Shown here: in pieces, positions 52,587 to 64,000 of the stretch
How the letters are laid out: each line of letters begins with the position of its first letter
Numbering within the stretch: position 1 is the stretch's first letter
Source of the DNA: Deinococcota bacterium
Lineage (GTDB): Bacteria > Deinococcota > Deinococci > Deinococcales > Thermaceae
Assembly: GCA_041695225.1 (NCBI GenBank)
Contig: JBGFRI010000046.1
Span: 65,977-129,976 of the forward strand
Direction of reading: 5' to 3'
Length of the DNA stretch: 64,000 nt
Position numbers and translations under genes: made by a program
The notes under the pieces: generated by a model
What the model was told of the DNA's origin: nothing
Database searches by the model: none
Seen by the model: only the letters and a program-made list of their open reading frames with translations

Positions 52587-55298
52587 TCAGATTCCCAGGG
52601 CCTGGTTGACTATGGTCTGTTGCTCTTTGTCGTGCACCTTCTTCGAGCCGACGGCAGGGCTGCTGGAAGCTGGACGGGCCACCACGCCCAGGTGGTGGCC
52701 GAAGATCCGATCGCCAAAGCGGGCCCGGATGAACCACCAGGCCCCCATGTTGGCGGGCTCTTCCTGGGTCCAGACTACCTCGGCCTTGGCGGAATACAGG
52801 GCCAGGGCAGCCTGTAGCTCTTTCATGGGAAAGGGGTAGAGTTGCTCGAGGCGAACAATGGCGACTTCTTCTTTACCGGCTCTAAGTCGGGCGGCCTCGA
52901 GGTCGTAGTAGACTTTGCCCGAACACAGCACCACACGCTTTATTTTGGGACCAGGGGTGCTGTATAGCACCCGCTGAAAGCGGCCCTGGGCAAGCTCGTC
53001 TAGTTTCGACACCGCCTCGGGATTACGCAGCAGGCTCTTGGGGGTCATCACCACCAGGGGTTTGCGCCAGGGGCGCACTACCTGGCGGCGCAACAGGTGG
53101 AAATACTGCGCCGGGGTGGTGGGGTAGACCACCTGCATGTTGTCGTTGGAGCAGAGCTGCAAGAAGCGCTCGAGGCGGGCGCTGCTGTGCTCCGGGCCGC
53201 CGCCTTCCATGCCGTGCGGCAGCAGAAGCACAATGCCAGAAAGGCGGTTCCACTTGGCCTCTGCCGAGGCGATAAACTGGTCCACAATAACCTGGGCGGT
53301 GTTGACAAAGTCGCCGTACTGGGCCTCCCAGGCCACCAGGGCATCGGGCATGTCCAGGCTATAGCCATACTCAAAACCCAGTACCCCGGCCTCGGAGAGT
53401 GCAGAGTTGTGGAGCTCGACCGGGGCCTGCCCCTCTGCCAGGTGGTTGGCGGGGAGATACCGCTCGCCGGTGATGTGGTCGGTATAGCCCCCGTGACGCT
53501 GGGTAAAGGTTCCGCGAACTACATCCTGGCCCGAGACCCGCACCCGATGACCTTCCACTGCCAGGGTGGCAAAGGCCAGCAGTTCGGCCGAAGCCCAGTC
53601 CAGCGGGCGTTTGTTCTGGCCCATCTCGCGCCGGCCCTCTACAAATTTGACCAGCTTGGGGTGCAGGGTAAAGCCCTGGGGAAAACGGTTAAGACCTGCC
53701 ATCAGGGCCGAGAGCTTTTCTGACTGAACCCCGGTCTCGGGCTCGGGCACCCCTTCCTCGGGGCCGCCTATATAGCCCTTCCAAAGCCCCCCTTCGGCCG
53801 GGGGCCGGGTGGGGGTAGGTTCGCGCCGGGCGCCAGAAAAGGCCGCTTCCATGCTGTCCTGATACTGCTTGGCCAGGGTATCGCTTTCGGCTTTGGAGCG
53901 AATACCCTCGCTTTCCAGTCTGGCCAGGTAGCCCATGTGCAGTGACTTTTTGGCGGCAATGCGGCGGTACATCTCGGGCTGGGTAAAGCTGGGTTCGTCG
54001 GTCTCGTTGTGGCCGCGTTTGCGGTAGCCGATCAGGTCAATAAACACATCCCGCTTAAACTCTTTGCGGAATTCCATGGCCAGCTCCACCACCCCCACCA
54101 GCGCATCGGGGTCTTCGGCGTTGACATGGAAGATGGGGGCCTCGAGCATCTTGGCAATTTCGGTAGCGTAACGCCCAGCCGTGTACTCGTGCGGCTCGGT
54201 GGTAAAGCCCACCTGGTTGTTCAGGATGATGTGTACCGCACCCCCCACCGTATAGGCGGCAATGCCAGAGATATTGAGGGTCTCCTGCACAATACCCTCA
54301 CCAATAAAAGCGGCGTCTCCGTGGATTAGCAGCAACATGCCTCGCTCCCGCTTATAGTCGCCAAAGCGGTCTTGCTTGGCCCGGGTACGACCCATGGCCA
54401 CCGGCGCCACAAATTCCAGGTGCGAGGGGTTGAAGTTCAGGGATAGATGAACCCGGCCATAGGGGGTCGGGAGGTCGTTAGAGTAGCCCAGATGGTATTT
54501 GACGTCGCCAGAGTAGCCTTCGGGGAAGTGTTCCTCGAATTCCAAAAAGATGTCCCGCATGGGCTTTTTGACCAGATTCGCCAGCACGTTCAGGCGGCCC
54601 CGGTGGGCCATCCCCATCACCACCTCCACCACCCCCAGCCCGGCCGCGTTCTCTATGGTCAGGTCGAGCAGGGGGATAAGCGACTCGGTACCCTCGAGGC
54701 TAAAGGTCTTGGCCCCCAGGTATTTCTTCTGCAAAAACTCCTCAAAAAGCGTGGCCTGCATCAAGCGCTCATGAATTTTCCTTTTTTGCTCCACCGTCGG
54801 GCGGGCAAACCCCGCCGCCAGCCGGGCTTCGATCCAGTTGCGCACCGCGGGGTCATCCAGGTGGCCATACTCGATACCCACCGTACCGCCGTAACGGGCT
54901 TTATACTGCTCCAATACGGCCCGCAGGGTGGGCGCACCAAGCTCAACCGGAACCGGACGGTCAAGGTCGGCCTCGCTCAGGCCAAAAAAGCTGGGATCAA
55001 GTTCGGGCGGGGTGTGGCGCTCGCGCTCCAGAGGGTCAATCCGCGCCACCAGGTGGCCGCGTTCGCGGTAGGTACGCAAAAAGCGCACCGCCCGCAAGAA
55101 AAACGACGCAAGCTCCGAGACTGCGGCACCCTCGGTCGGTTCTCGTTGCAACACCGGGCCATTTGCCCCTGGTGGTTCGGCCTGAACCGCGTGAAAATAG
55201 CTCAGCCATTCCGCGGGAATGGAGGCCGGGTTTTGCTGGTAGTCCTGGTACAGCGTCTCTAAAAAAGCCAGGTTTGAACTGTCTACTTCTCGTTCCAT
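52587..55298 (-). CDS. sucA: 2-oxoglutarate dehydrogenase E1
   Basis: GMAHRGRLN, GDVKYHLG, HGDAAF, GPEHSSARLERFLQ. Confidence 0.97.
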   Translation of the reverse strand: MEREVDSSNLAFLETLYQDYQQNPASIPAEWLSYFHAVQAEPPGANGPVLQREPTEGAAVSELASFFLRAVRFLRTYRERGHLVARIDPLERERHTPPELDPSFFGLSEADLDRPVPVELGAPTLRAVLEQYKARYGGTVGIEYGHLDDPAVRNWIEARLAAGFARPTVEQKRKIHERLMQATLFEEFLQKKYLGAKTFSLEGTESLIPLLDLTIENAAGLGVVEVVMGMAHRGRLNVLANLVKKPMRDIFLEFEEHFPEGYSGDVKYHLGYSNDLPTPYGRVHLSLNFNPSHLEFVAPVAMGRTRAKQDRFGDYKRERGMLLLIHGDAAFIGEGIVQETLNISGIAAYTVGGAVHIILNNQVGFTTEPHEYTAGRYATEIAKMLEAPIFHVNAEDPDALVGVVELAMEFRKEFKRDVFIDLIGYRKRGHNETDEPSFTQPEMYRRIAAKKSLHMGYLARLESEGIRSKAESDTLAKQYQDSMEAAFSGARREPTPTRPPAEGGLWKGYIGGPEEGVPEPETGVQSEKLSALMAGLNRFPQGFTLHPKLVKFVEGRREMGQNKRPLDWASAELLAFATLAVEGHRVRVSGQDVVRGTFTQRHGGYTDHITGERYLPANHLAEGQAPVELHNSALSEAGVLGFEYGYSLDMPDALVAWEAQYGDFVNTAQVIVDQFIASAEAKWNRLSGIVLLLPHGMEGGGPEHSSARLERFLQLCSNDNMQVVYPTTPAQYFHLLRRQVVRPWRKPLVVMTPKSLLRNPEAVSKLDELAQGRFQRVLYSTPGPKIKRVVLCSGKVYYDLEAARLRAGKEEVAIVRLEQLYPFPMKELQAALALYSAKAEVVWTQEEPANMGAWWFIRARFGDRIFGHHLGVVARPASSSPAVGSKKVHDKEQQTIVNQALGI

Positions 55299-55395
55299 AC
55301 TCACGGTTCTCTAGTCTACTAGCTTCTGTGATAGCAAAACGTGTTTGCAGGCCGCGCACCACCACAACAAGCTGCGCAAGCCTGACGCCAGCGAT

Positions 55396-55680
55396 CTAGA
55401 TCAGGGCGTCTATCTGTTTGGCGGCCTCGAGGTCGAGCCTGGTGACCCCACCCGCCGAGTGGGTTACATAGGCTACTTTTACCTTTTTCCACATGATATC
55501 CAGACTATCGGGGTGGTGGTCGGCTCTCTCTGCGCACAGCGCAACCTTGACCGCAAACGCCACCCCTGTAGCATACGAGTCGAAGTTGAAGGTCTTTTCT
55601 ACCCTGCCACCCACCAGAGCCCAGCCCGAAAGACTTTGCAGACCGCTCAGGATTTCCCCTTCATCTAGTCTGGATGCCAT
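55396..55680 (-). CDS. Pterin-4-alpha-carbinolamine dehydratase
   Basis: AERADHHPD, THSAGGVT..D. Confidence 0.92.
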   Translation of the reverse strand: MASRLDEGEILSGLQSLSGWALVGGRVEKTFNFDSYATGVAFAVKVALCAERADHHPDSLDIMWKKVKVAYVTHSAGGVTRLDLEAAKQIDALI

Positions 55681-55905
55681 AATTCTTCATCTCCCCAAAC
55701 CCCTTCTGACTCCCCACTCGCACCTTGGCGGGGTCTCACCCAGAGCCCACAGCATACTTACAGCAGACCCTTGTGCCATTCTCGTTTGCCAGACCATAAA
55801 AAATTGTGCTATACTCCGCGTTGGTGCTTTTTTTGGAAGTTTCCCCGAGCTTCCAAATGAAGGCAATTCACCACCTGCACTGGCGTTGGTAGACGCTGGC
55901 GCAAA

Positions 55906-56346
55906 ATGGAGAAAGCAGTGTTCAAGACCTTTGTTCCCCAAGCCAAAGAACCCGATTGGGTTCTGATTGATGCCGAAGGCCAGCCCATCGGACGAGTAGC
56001 CTCTAAGATTGCCGCGACGCTACGCGGCAAGCACAAACCCGACTTCACCCCAAACCTGCCCATGGGCGACTGCGTGGTGGTCATCAACGCCGATAAAGTA
56101 GTGCTTAAGGGGTCCAAGCCCCGCACCAAGGTCTATACCCGCTACTCCGGCTATCCCAGCGGTCTCAAGCGCACCGTGGGCGCAGTTATGCTGGCCGAAA
56201 AGCCCGTCAAGGCAGTCGAGCATGCGGTCAAGGGTATGCTGCCCAAAACTTCCCTTGGCCGCGTTATGTTTCGCCGCCTCAAGGTATATGCCGGAGCAAC
56301 TCACCCCCACGCGGCCCAGAAGCCGGTCAAAATGGAGGTCAAGTAA
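55906..56346 (+). CDS. rplM: 50S ribosomal protein L13
   Basis: [24 protein letters not shown]. Confidence 0.98.
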   Translation: MEKAVFKTFVPQAKEPDWVLIDAEGQPIGRVASKIAATLRGKHKPDFTPNLPMGDCVVVINADKVVLKGSKPRTKVYTRYSGYPSGLKRTVGAVMLAEKPVKAVEHAVKGMLPKTSLGRVMFRRLKVYAGATHPHAAQKPVKMEVK

Positions 56347-56732
56347 TGGAGCAGTATTACGGCACGGGCCGTCGCAAAACAAGTGTGGCTCGAGTGTTTT
56401 TGCGCCCTGGCAGCGGCAAGGTGCAGGTCAATGGCGTGGCTTTTACCGACTACTTTGGGGGCCTGGTCAAGGCCGTTTCGGCCCTGGAGCCGCTCAGGCG
56501 GGTGGATGTCGGCAGCCGCTTTGACGCCTATATTACCGTTGAAGGTGGCGGTAAGGCCGGTCAGGTGGATGCTATCCAGTTAGGTATTGCCCGCGCCCTG
56601 GTCAACTACAACGGCGACCTGCGGGCCAAACTCAAGCCCGCCGGGCTGCTCTCCCGCGACCCCCGCGAAGTCGAACGCAAAAAATACGGTAAGCACAAAG
56701 CCCGTCGTGCTCCGCAGTACAGCAAGCGTTAG
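56346..56732 (+). CDS. rpsI: 30S ribosomal protein S9
   Basis: YGTGRRK, ERKKYG, QYSKR. Confidence 0.98.
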   Translation: MEQYYGTGRRKTSVARVFLRPGSGKVQVNGVAFTDYFGGLVKAVSALEPLRRVDVGSRFDAYITVEGGGKAGQVDAIQLGIARALVNYNGDLRAKLKPAGLLSRDPREVERKKYGKHKARRAPQYSKR

Positions 56733-57079
56733 GCCTACGCTCGTTTTTGCCCACACCCCACCCGCTGGTGGGGTGATTTACGAGGTCATGGGCCATACCG
56801 CTGGTAGAGCTTGAAGTCCCTAAGGCCGTGCAAAGAGTTTGTCCTGTTTTGAAAAGGTCACATCCCCTTTTTGGCTTCGTCATCGTCCTGGGTACGTCAC
56901 TCCTGTAACCAGACGGCCTTTCCCAGTCTCGAGGCAGAGTCATCGTGACAGGCGATTGTTGGTGATGCGTTGGGGATGTGCCTACTGCACGGGTACACTC
57001 AGGTGCCGCTCAGAGCTGACATTACCAGTGCCAGCGATCACTTTATCCGCTTTGATCGCCGGGAACCTCCGGTAGCGTC

Positions 57080-58183
57080 TTAGGACAGGAACAAAACTCT
57101 GGGCGGCCTGACCCCGGCGATCACCTGTGCAACCTGCTGCCCTAACAAAGCCCCTAGCACATTACCGGTTCCGCTGTAGGCGCCGATAGCCCAGACCCCA
57201 GGCCGAACCTGCTGGGCAACTGGCAGGCCGGTAGGGGTATATGCCACCGAGGCCGCCCAGCGATGGGTGATGGGGGCCTGGATACCCAGTTGACGCAGCA
57301 GTTGTTCCAGGCGCAGTTGTACGTTTTCACTGGGTTCATCTAGTGTCGTCCATTCGGCTTCTCCTCCAGCGTCCCGCATCCCACCCAGGGCAATGCGCCC
57401 GTCGGGCAACTGTTGCCAGTAGTCGTAGCCCCAGCGCCGGTATACAGGCCGGGCAAACCGCGCATTTACGGGTGCGGTGGCTAGCATCTGCAAACGGGCG
57501 GTGCGTACCCTGCCTTCAAGTTCCGGTAGCACCTGCTCGAGCCTGCCATCTACGGCAACCAGTACCCTCTGACAGTGAACCCGCCCCCTGGGGGTCTCTA
57601 CCTCCTGGCCGCTGATCTGCAGGGCCGGGCTATCTTCAAAAAGCCTGGCCCCAGCTTCCAGTGCTTGTTGGGCCAGCGTTCTACAACGCAACAAGGGGTT
57701 GAAGGCAGCATCCCCTGGGATCAGCAAACCCTGCCCTTCCGGGCCATCGTAAGGCTCGGCAGCAAACCCATCGGCCCGCAGGGCTTGCAGATGGGCCGTG
57801 CAGTCTTGCAGTTCGGCCTCCGAGGCAGCAATTCGTAGCGAACCCACCCGCCTGATGGCCTGGGGGGTCTCGGCCATCATCCGTGAAATTTGCTCGAGGG
57901 TGGCCTGGTAGATGTTTTTGGCAAAGTCGCGCCCATGCTCGGCCACGCTCTGGTGGTAGAACCTGGCAATCCCCGCCAGCAAAAACCCTCCGTTTCGGCC
58001 TGCCGCCCCAGTCGCTACCGTGCCTGCATCTATCCCCACCACTTCTCGGCCCAGCCGCAACAGCTCGAGCACCGCCGCCAGCCCCGAGCCGCCCAGCCCC
58101 ACCACGCAGATCTCGGTCTCGAGGTCTCCTTCAAGGCTTGGGAGACCCGGCCAATTGCCATCTTCCCAGACAGGGGTGTTCAC
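57080..58183 (-). CDS. FAD-dependent oxidoreductase (DAO/PuuB-like)
   Basis: VVGLGGSG, GAAGRNGG, AYSGTG; GTG 58183 preceded by a TATGCT -10 box. Confidence 0.88.
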   Translation of the reverse strand: MNTPVWEDGNWPGLPSLEGDLETEICVVGLGGSGLAAVLELLRLGREVVGIDAGTVATGAAGRNGGFLLAGIARFYHQSVAEHGRDFAKNIYQATLEQISRMMAETPQAIRRVGSLRIAASEAELQDCTAHLQALRADGFAAEPYDGPEGQGLLIPGDAAFNPLLRCRTLAQQALEAGARLFEDSPALQISGQEVETPRGRVHCQRVLVAVDGRLEQVLPELEGRVRTARLQMLATAPVNARFARPVYRRWGYDYWQQLPDGRIALGGMRDAGGEAEWTTLDEPSENVQLRLEQLLRQLGIQAPITHRWAASVAYTPTGLPVAQQVRPGVWAIGAYSGTGNVLGALLGQQVAQVIAGVRPPRVLFLS

Positions 58184-58333
58184 CGCTACAGCATAGTTCT
58201 TGGCTCGCCAGCGAGCCACCGCTTGGACTGACCTCCTGTGCAACCCCAGGCTGTGAAAACCGCGATTAAGACACCGCTCCATGAGGTTCGGTGGATACGC
58301 GGCACCCTGAGTATTCGGCTTTTAGCTTTTTAT

Positions 58334-58408
58334 TGGTGGAGGTGAAGGGATTTGAACCCCCGACCTTGTCCTTGCAAAGGACCTGCTCTCCCGCTGAGCT
58401 ACACCCCC
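58334..58408 (-). tRNA. tRNA-Ala(UGC)
   Basis: 75-nt cloverleaf GGGGGTG..TTTGCAA..TTCAAAT..CACCTCCACCA; G3:U70 pair; CCA encoded. Confidence 0.95.
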
Positions 58409-58636
58409 GGAGGGCGCTTTAGGCCGCTGTAAGCTATATTCTGATAGCTAAAAGACCGGCGCATAAAAGCACTAGCGAGTATAGCAGCGTCTGGGGCTTC
58501 CGTAAAGAGGAAATATGGGCTATACTTCACTTTTGGGTGTGCCGATGGGCTCTTTAGAGGTTAGGGAACGGTACTCGGAGAGAAAGCCAAGAACGCACAA
58601 ATTAACGCCCGCTCCAACCGCCCCATCAGGAGAAAC

Positions 58637-59377
58637 ATGGCTGCAAACGTAAGCATCAAAGAACTGCTCGAGGCTGGGGTTCACTTCGGCCACGAGACCA
58701 AGCGCTGGAACCCCAAGATGAAGCGCTACATCTACGCCGAGCGCAACGGTATTTTTATCATTGACCTGCAAAAGAGCATGGTTGAGCTCGAGCGCACCTT
58801 CAAGTACGTGCAAGACCTGGCCATGCGGGGGGCTACCATCCTTTATGTGGGCACCAAGAAGCAGGCCCAGGAAATTGTGCAGCAGGAAGCCGACCGGGCC
58901 GGTATGCCCTATGTCAACCAGCGCTGGCTGGGGGGTATGCTGACCAACTTTCGCACCATCACCGCCCAGGTCAACCGCCTGGCCGAGCTCGAGGCCCTCT
59001 TCGCCTCCGACGACATAAAAGAGCGGGTCAAGACCGAGCAGGTACAGCTCCAGCACGAGCTGGACCGCCTAAAAAAGAACCTCGGCGGCTTTCGCAAGCT
59101 GCGCCGCCTGCCCGATGGTATCTTTGTGGTAGACCCCACCAAGGAGGCCATTGCGGTCAGGGAGGCCCGCAAGCTGGGCATCCCGGTGATCGCCCTGGCC
59201 GATACCGACTCCGACCCCGATCTCTGCGATTACATTGTGCCCGGCAACGACGACGCCATTCGCTCAATTCAGCTGGTGGTCAGCCGCATGACCGACCTGA
59301 TCGTGGAGGCGCGTGGCGGTGGGCGCGAGATTCCCCCCGCCGAAGCCAGCAGCGCCGTGACGCCGGCAGAAGCGTGA
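58637..59377 (+). CDS. rpsB: 30S ribosomal protein S2
   Basis: [29 protein letters not shown]. Confidence 0.98.
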   Translation: MAANVSIKELLEAGVHFGHETKRWNPKMKRYIYAERNGIFIIDLQKSMVELERTFKYVQDLAMRGATILYVGTKKQAQEIVQQEADRAGMPYVNQRWLGGMLTNFRTITAQVNRLAELEALFASDDIKERVKTEQVQLQHELDRLKKNLGGFRKLRRLPDGIFVVDPTKEAIAVREARKLGIPVIALADTDSDPDLCDYIVPGNDDAIRSIQLVVSRMTDLIVEARGGGREIPPAEASSAVTPAEA

Positions 59378-59382
59378 GAACC

Positions 59383-59440
59383 TGTCTCGGGTCACATCTC
59401 GCAAACTGAACGACCCGTGACTTGAGACCTGAGACCTGCT
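59383..59440. repeat. Heptamer element at the rpsB/tsf junction
   Basis: TGTCTCG GGTCACA / GACCCGT GACTTGA GACCTGA GACCTGC. Confidence 0.8.
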
Positions 59441-59452
59441 ACGAGGATTTTT

Positions 59453-60909
<1,457 letters not shown>

Positions 60910-60925
60910 CTGGTCTGGAAGCAAG

Positions 60926-61203
60926 ACATGTCGCAAGTCGCAAGTCACATGTCGCAAGTCAAATGACCTGAGACTTGCGACCTGAGACCTGCGACATTCC
61001 ATTAGCCTATAGCCGATAGCTTTTGACCCCTCGACCTTCGACCTGCGACATGTAATAAGTCGATAGTCCATGGTCGATAGCCTATAGTCAATGGCTAACA
61101 GCTTTTGACCTGCGGCCTTTGACCTTCGACTAACTTCTGACCCCCGACTCTCGACCCTCGACCTGAGACACTCGATAGACCTGCGACCTGAGACCTGCGA
61201 CAT
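60926..61203. repeat. Large composite heptamer element at the pyrH/frr junction (contains type II copy 2 at 61055-61165)
   Basis: Stacked GTCGCAA/GACCTGA, TAGCCTA and CTCGACC tracts over about 280 bp. Confidence 0.92.
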
Positions 61204-61251
61204 TCCTTTGCCCGATTTAGAGGTAAGCTATCCAGGATTAAGGAGGCAGCC

Positions 61252-61809
61252 ATGCTCAAAGACCTCTACGCCGAGACCAAGAGTCAGATGCAAAAGTCGC
61301 TCGAGGCCCTCGAACACCACCTCTCCACCCTGCGTACCGGCAGGGCCAACCCAGCCATTCTGAGCAACATCAGGGTCGAATACTACGGCTCTGCCATGCC
61401 AATTAACCAGGTGGGCACGGTTTCCTCACCCGACCCCCGCACCCTGGTGGTGCAGGCCTGGGATCCGAAGATACTCAAGGAAATAGAGAAGGCCATCCGC
61501 GACTCGGACCTGGGCCTGAATCCTACCAACAAAGGTGATGCTTTATTCATCAACATCCCAGCCCTAACTGAGGAGCGCCGCAGAGATCTGGTCAAAACCA
61601 TCAAACACTATGCCGAAGAGGCCAGGATTGCCGTGCGAAACGCCCGGCGCGAGGCCTTAGACAGGGCCAAAAAAATTGAAAAAGAAAAACACTTGTCCGA
61701 AGACGACCTCAAACGCGCCGAGGCCGAGATCCAGAAAATCACCGACGACTTTATTCACAAGATTGATAACGCACTGCACAAAAAAGAACATGAAATTATG
61801 GGTGGGTAG
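61252..61809 (+). CDS. frr: Ribosome recycling factor
   Basis: LRTGRANP, PALTEERR, VRNARR. Confidence 0.97.
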   Translation: MLKDLYAETKSQMQKSLEALEHHLSTLRTGRANPAILSNIRVEYYGSAMPINQVGTVSSPDPRTLVVQAWDPKILKEIEKAIRDSDLGLNPTNKGDALFINIPALTEERRRDLVKTIKHYAEEARIAVRNARREALDRAKKIEKEKHLSEDDLKRAEAEIQKITDDFIHKIDNALHKKEHEIMGG

Positions 61810-61871
61810 CGCGAATAAACCAGCCCTAATCCCTTTTTTTGCTTGCTAAACCCTGCTAATATGCTGTAACT

Positions 61872-62738
61872 GTGCAGCCTCCGGAAGCCCGGCCCGACCC
61901 CTCTTTGCTCACCCGCATAGCCTCTGGGCTGATCGGGTTTTTGTTGCTGTTTGTGGTGCTCTGGGAAGGGCGCGTTGTCATGTTGTTGGCTCTGGTATTC
62001 ATTCTGGTATTGGGCTCTTTAGAACTGCGCCAGATGTTGCGCAACAGGGGAATTGAACTCAACATGACTATTCTGATTGGGGGCGGGCTGGTGATGCTAC
62101 TGTTTAGCCTGCCTCAGCTGCACGATATCTATCCCGGCGTACCCTGGCGTGAAATTGCGCTGGGCTTGGTGGTTATTGGGGCATTCAGTTCCGAGCTGAT
62201 TGTAGGTGCCAATATCCAGCGCTTCGCCTACAGCCTGATGGCTTTTTTGTACCTGCCCTGGATGCTGGGTTTTTTCCTACTGCTACGTCACTCCCCCGAT
62301 GGTAATATTGGGCTTTGGCTTCTGATGCTACCCCTGCTGTCCAGCATGTCCAATGACGTTGGCGCCTACTTTGTGGGTCGCTATCTGGGAAGGCGCAAAC
62401 TGGCGCCCACCATCAGCCCTGGCAAAACAGTCGAGGGCTCTATTGGCGGCATTGCCACCAGCTTCTTGCTACTTTTTCTCTTTACCTACGTAATCCGCTC
62501 GGCCTACCCAGAGAGCCCCTTTGCCCTCTTCCGACCAGTCGAAATCTTTGTTATCAATCTAATACTCTCTTTTGCAGCCCAGTTGGGTGACCTGACCGAG
62601 TCTATGCTCAAGCGTTTTTGCGGGGTCAAGGACTCGGGCCACTTTCTGCCAGGGCACGGTGGCCTGCTGGATCGGCTGGACTCGCATCTGTTTACGGTTC
62701 CCCTCACCTACTACCTGCTGACCATCTTTTTAGAGTGA
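61872..62738 (+). CDS. cdsA: Phosphatidate cytidylyltransferase
   Basis: SPGKTVEG, GDLTESMLKR..KDSG..PGHGGLLDRLDS. Confidence 0.95.
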   Translation: MQPPEARPDPSLLTRIASGLIGFLLLFVVLWEGRVVMLLALVFILVLGSLELRQMLRNRGIELNMTILIGGGLVMLLFSLPQLHDIYPGVPWREIALGLVVIGAFSSELIVGANIQRFAYSLMAFLYLPWMLGFFLLLRHSPDGNIGLWLLMLPLLSSMSNDVGAYFVGRYLGRRKLAPTISPGKTVEGSIGGIATSFLLLFLFTYVIRSAYPESPFALFRPVEIFVINLILSFAAQLGDLTESMLKRFCGVKDSGHFLPGHGGLLDRLDSHLFTVPLTYYLLTIFLE

Positions 62739-62795
62739 ACAGCGGCGTCACCTTGGCCTGGTAACCTGGTTTTTATACTTCGCTCGCTGCATACA

Positions 62796-62856
62796 CAGGT
62801 CGCATGTCGCGGGTCAAAGGAATGTCTCAGGTCGCATGTCTCAGGTCGCAGGTCGG
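62796..62856. repeat. Heptamer element at the cdsA/bdh junction
   Basis: GGTCGCA TGTCGCG .. TGTCTCA GGTCGCA TGTCTCA GGTCGCA. Confidence 0.85.
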
Positions 62857-62880
62857 CCACGGCCCGGGTAAGATAAAGCT

Positions 62881-63639
62881 ATGCAGCTACAAGGTAAAAC
62901 CGCGCTCATCACTGGTGCTGGAAGCGGTATTGGGAAAGCCATTGCAGAGGTTTTCGCTCGAGAGGGCGCCAGAGTTATCCTCAACGACCTCTCGCCGTCG
63001 GCCGACCAGGTTGCCCAGGCGGTAGGAGGGGTTTTTCTCCAGGCCGACCTTTCTAGCCAAAGCTCGGTAGAGGAACTTGCCCATCAAGCGCTAGCACAAG
63101 GCCCCGTTGACATCCTGGTCAACAATGCAGGTCTCCAGCGCATCAATCCGGTGGAGGAATATCCCCTCGAAACCTGGAACCTGCTGCTCCAGGTACTCCT
63201 CACCGCTCCTTTCCAGCTCATCAAGCGCACCCTGCCGGGAATGAAAGCCCGAAAATGGGGGCGTATCATTAATATTTCCTCGCTCCACGGCCTGGTAGCT
63301 AGCCCCTACAAGTCGGCTTATGTCTCCGCCAAGCATGGGCTGATGGGCCTGACCAAAACCGTAGCGCTAGAAGCAGCGGAGTATGGCGTCACCTGCAACG
63401 CTATCTGCCCGGCCTATGTCAGGACCGCTTTAGTAGAGAGTCAGATTGCCGACCAGGCCCGAACCCTGCAAATCTCCCCCGCCGAAGTGGCAGAAAAGGT
63501 GATGCTAGCCCCAGCCGCCATAAAGCGCTTGATCGAGCCCGAGGAAGTAGCAGAATATGCGCTTTTTCTGGCTTCGGATAAGGCCGGGGCCATTACTGGC
63601 TCGGCGCAAGTAATGGATTTGGGCTGGACCGCGCGGTAG
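62881..63639 (+). CDS. 3-hydroxybutyrate dehydrogenase-like SDR
   Basis: TGAGSGIG, NNAGLQ, HGLVASPYKSAYVSAKHG, ICPAYVRT. Confidence 0.88.
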   Translation: MQLQGKTALITGAGSGIGKAIAEVFAREGARVILNDLSPSADQVAQAVGGVFLQADLSSQSSVEELAHQALAQGPVDILVNNAGLQRINPVEEYPLETWNLLLQVLLTAPFQLIKRTLPGMKARKWGRIINISSLHGLVASPYKSAYVSAKHGLMGLTKTVALEAAEYGVTCNAICPAYVRTALVESQIADQARTLQISPAEVAEKVMLAPAAIKRLIEPEEVAEYALFLASDKAGAITGSAQVMDLGWTAR

Positions 63640-63702
63640 GTGTGAGGGCTCAGTTCGAGAGAACGGCCCCAGCGGCAGGGCCACCTTGCGCAATACTATC
63701 TG

Positions 63703-63884
63703 CCAATAGCTGATAGCCTATAGCTAATAGCATTTTGACCTGGGACCTACGACCTGAGACCTGCGACTAACTTCTGACCTGCGACCTGCGGCATGTAATA
63801 AGTCGATAGTCCATGGTCGATAGCCTATAGTCAATGGCTAACAGCTTTTGACCTGCGGCCTTCGACCTTTGACCTTCGACTAAC
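63703..63884. repeat. Composite heptamer element (contains type II copy 3), interrupted by an IS end
   Basis: Matches 61055-61134 up to TTCGACTAAC, then diverges abruptly. Confidence 0.88.
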
Positions 63885-64000
63885 CCGAAGTTACCTTTGT
63901 AGGAACCCAGCAATACTCCGCTCCGAGCCGTCATTTGTCCTTAGTGAGGTGGTGCGGTTACATGGCTACAGCCGGTGCGTGACGCCGAGCAGGTCGAAGG
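63880..64000 (-). mobile_element. Probable IS end with transposase C-terminus (IS1634-like), runs off the window
   Basis: Minus strand ..FDLLGVTHRL* (stop 63966-63968), then ..GGTAACTTCGGGTTAG terminus; family assignment from memory and tentative. Confidence 0.5.

Overview
A GC-rich (about 60%) bacterial chromosomal segment whose proteins and gene order look Thermaceae (Meiothermus/Thermus-like, Deinococcota). Core genes: a split formate dehydrogenase (cut by the window edge), prfB with its +1 frameshift, a complete nuoA-N operon, a PHP histidinol phosphatase, polX, aceA, guaA, a Val T-box operon ending in valS, sucA-sucB-lpd, rplM-rpsI, tRNA-Ala(UGC), rpsB-tsf-pyrH-frr-cdsA and a 3-hydroxybutyrate dehydrogenase-like SDR. 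Two features are not explained by ordinary annotation. (1) A 7.8-kb minus-strand island (41.9-49.7 kb) is built from integron-type cassettes with recognisable attC sites but has no integrase in the window. It is packed with toxin-antitoxin modules and fragments, and each half starts with a copy of a ~300-bp element whose similarity ends at the GTT crossover point. Several MNT-HEPN pairs carry stubs of DUF499/DUF1156-like defence genes. (2) About 20 dispersed elements made of 7-bp tandem units, often palindromic and nested, sit at gene junctions of housekeeping operons, inside the T-box leader and in-frame inside nuoH and valS. Some composite units recur almost identically at distant loci, which implies copying. 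Also seen: excess CTCGAG, many probable leaderless promoters, an altered PolX active site, a NuoN C-terminal extension and an IS end inside a heptamer element. All family assignments come from motif recognition, not database searches.
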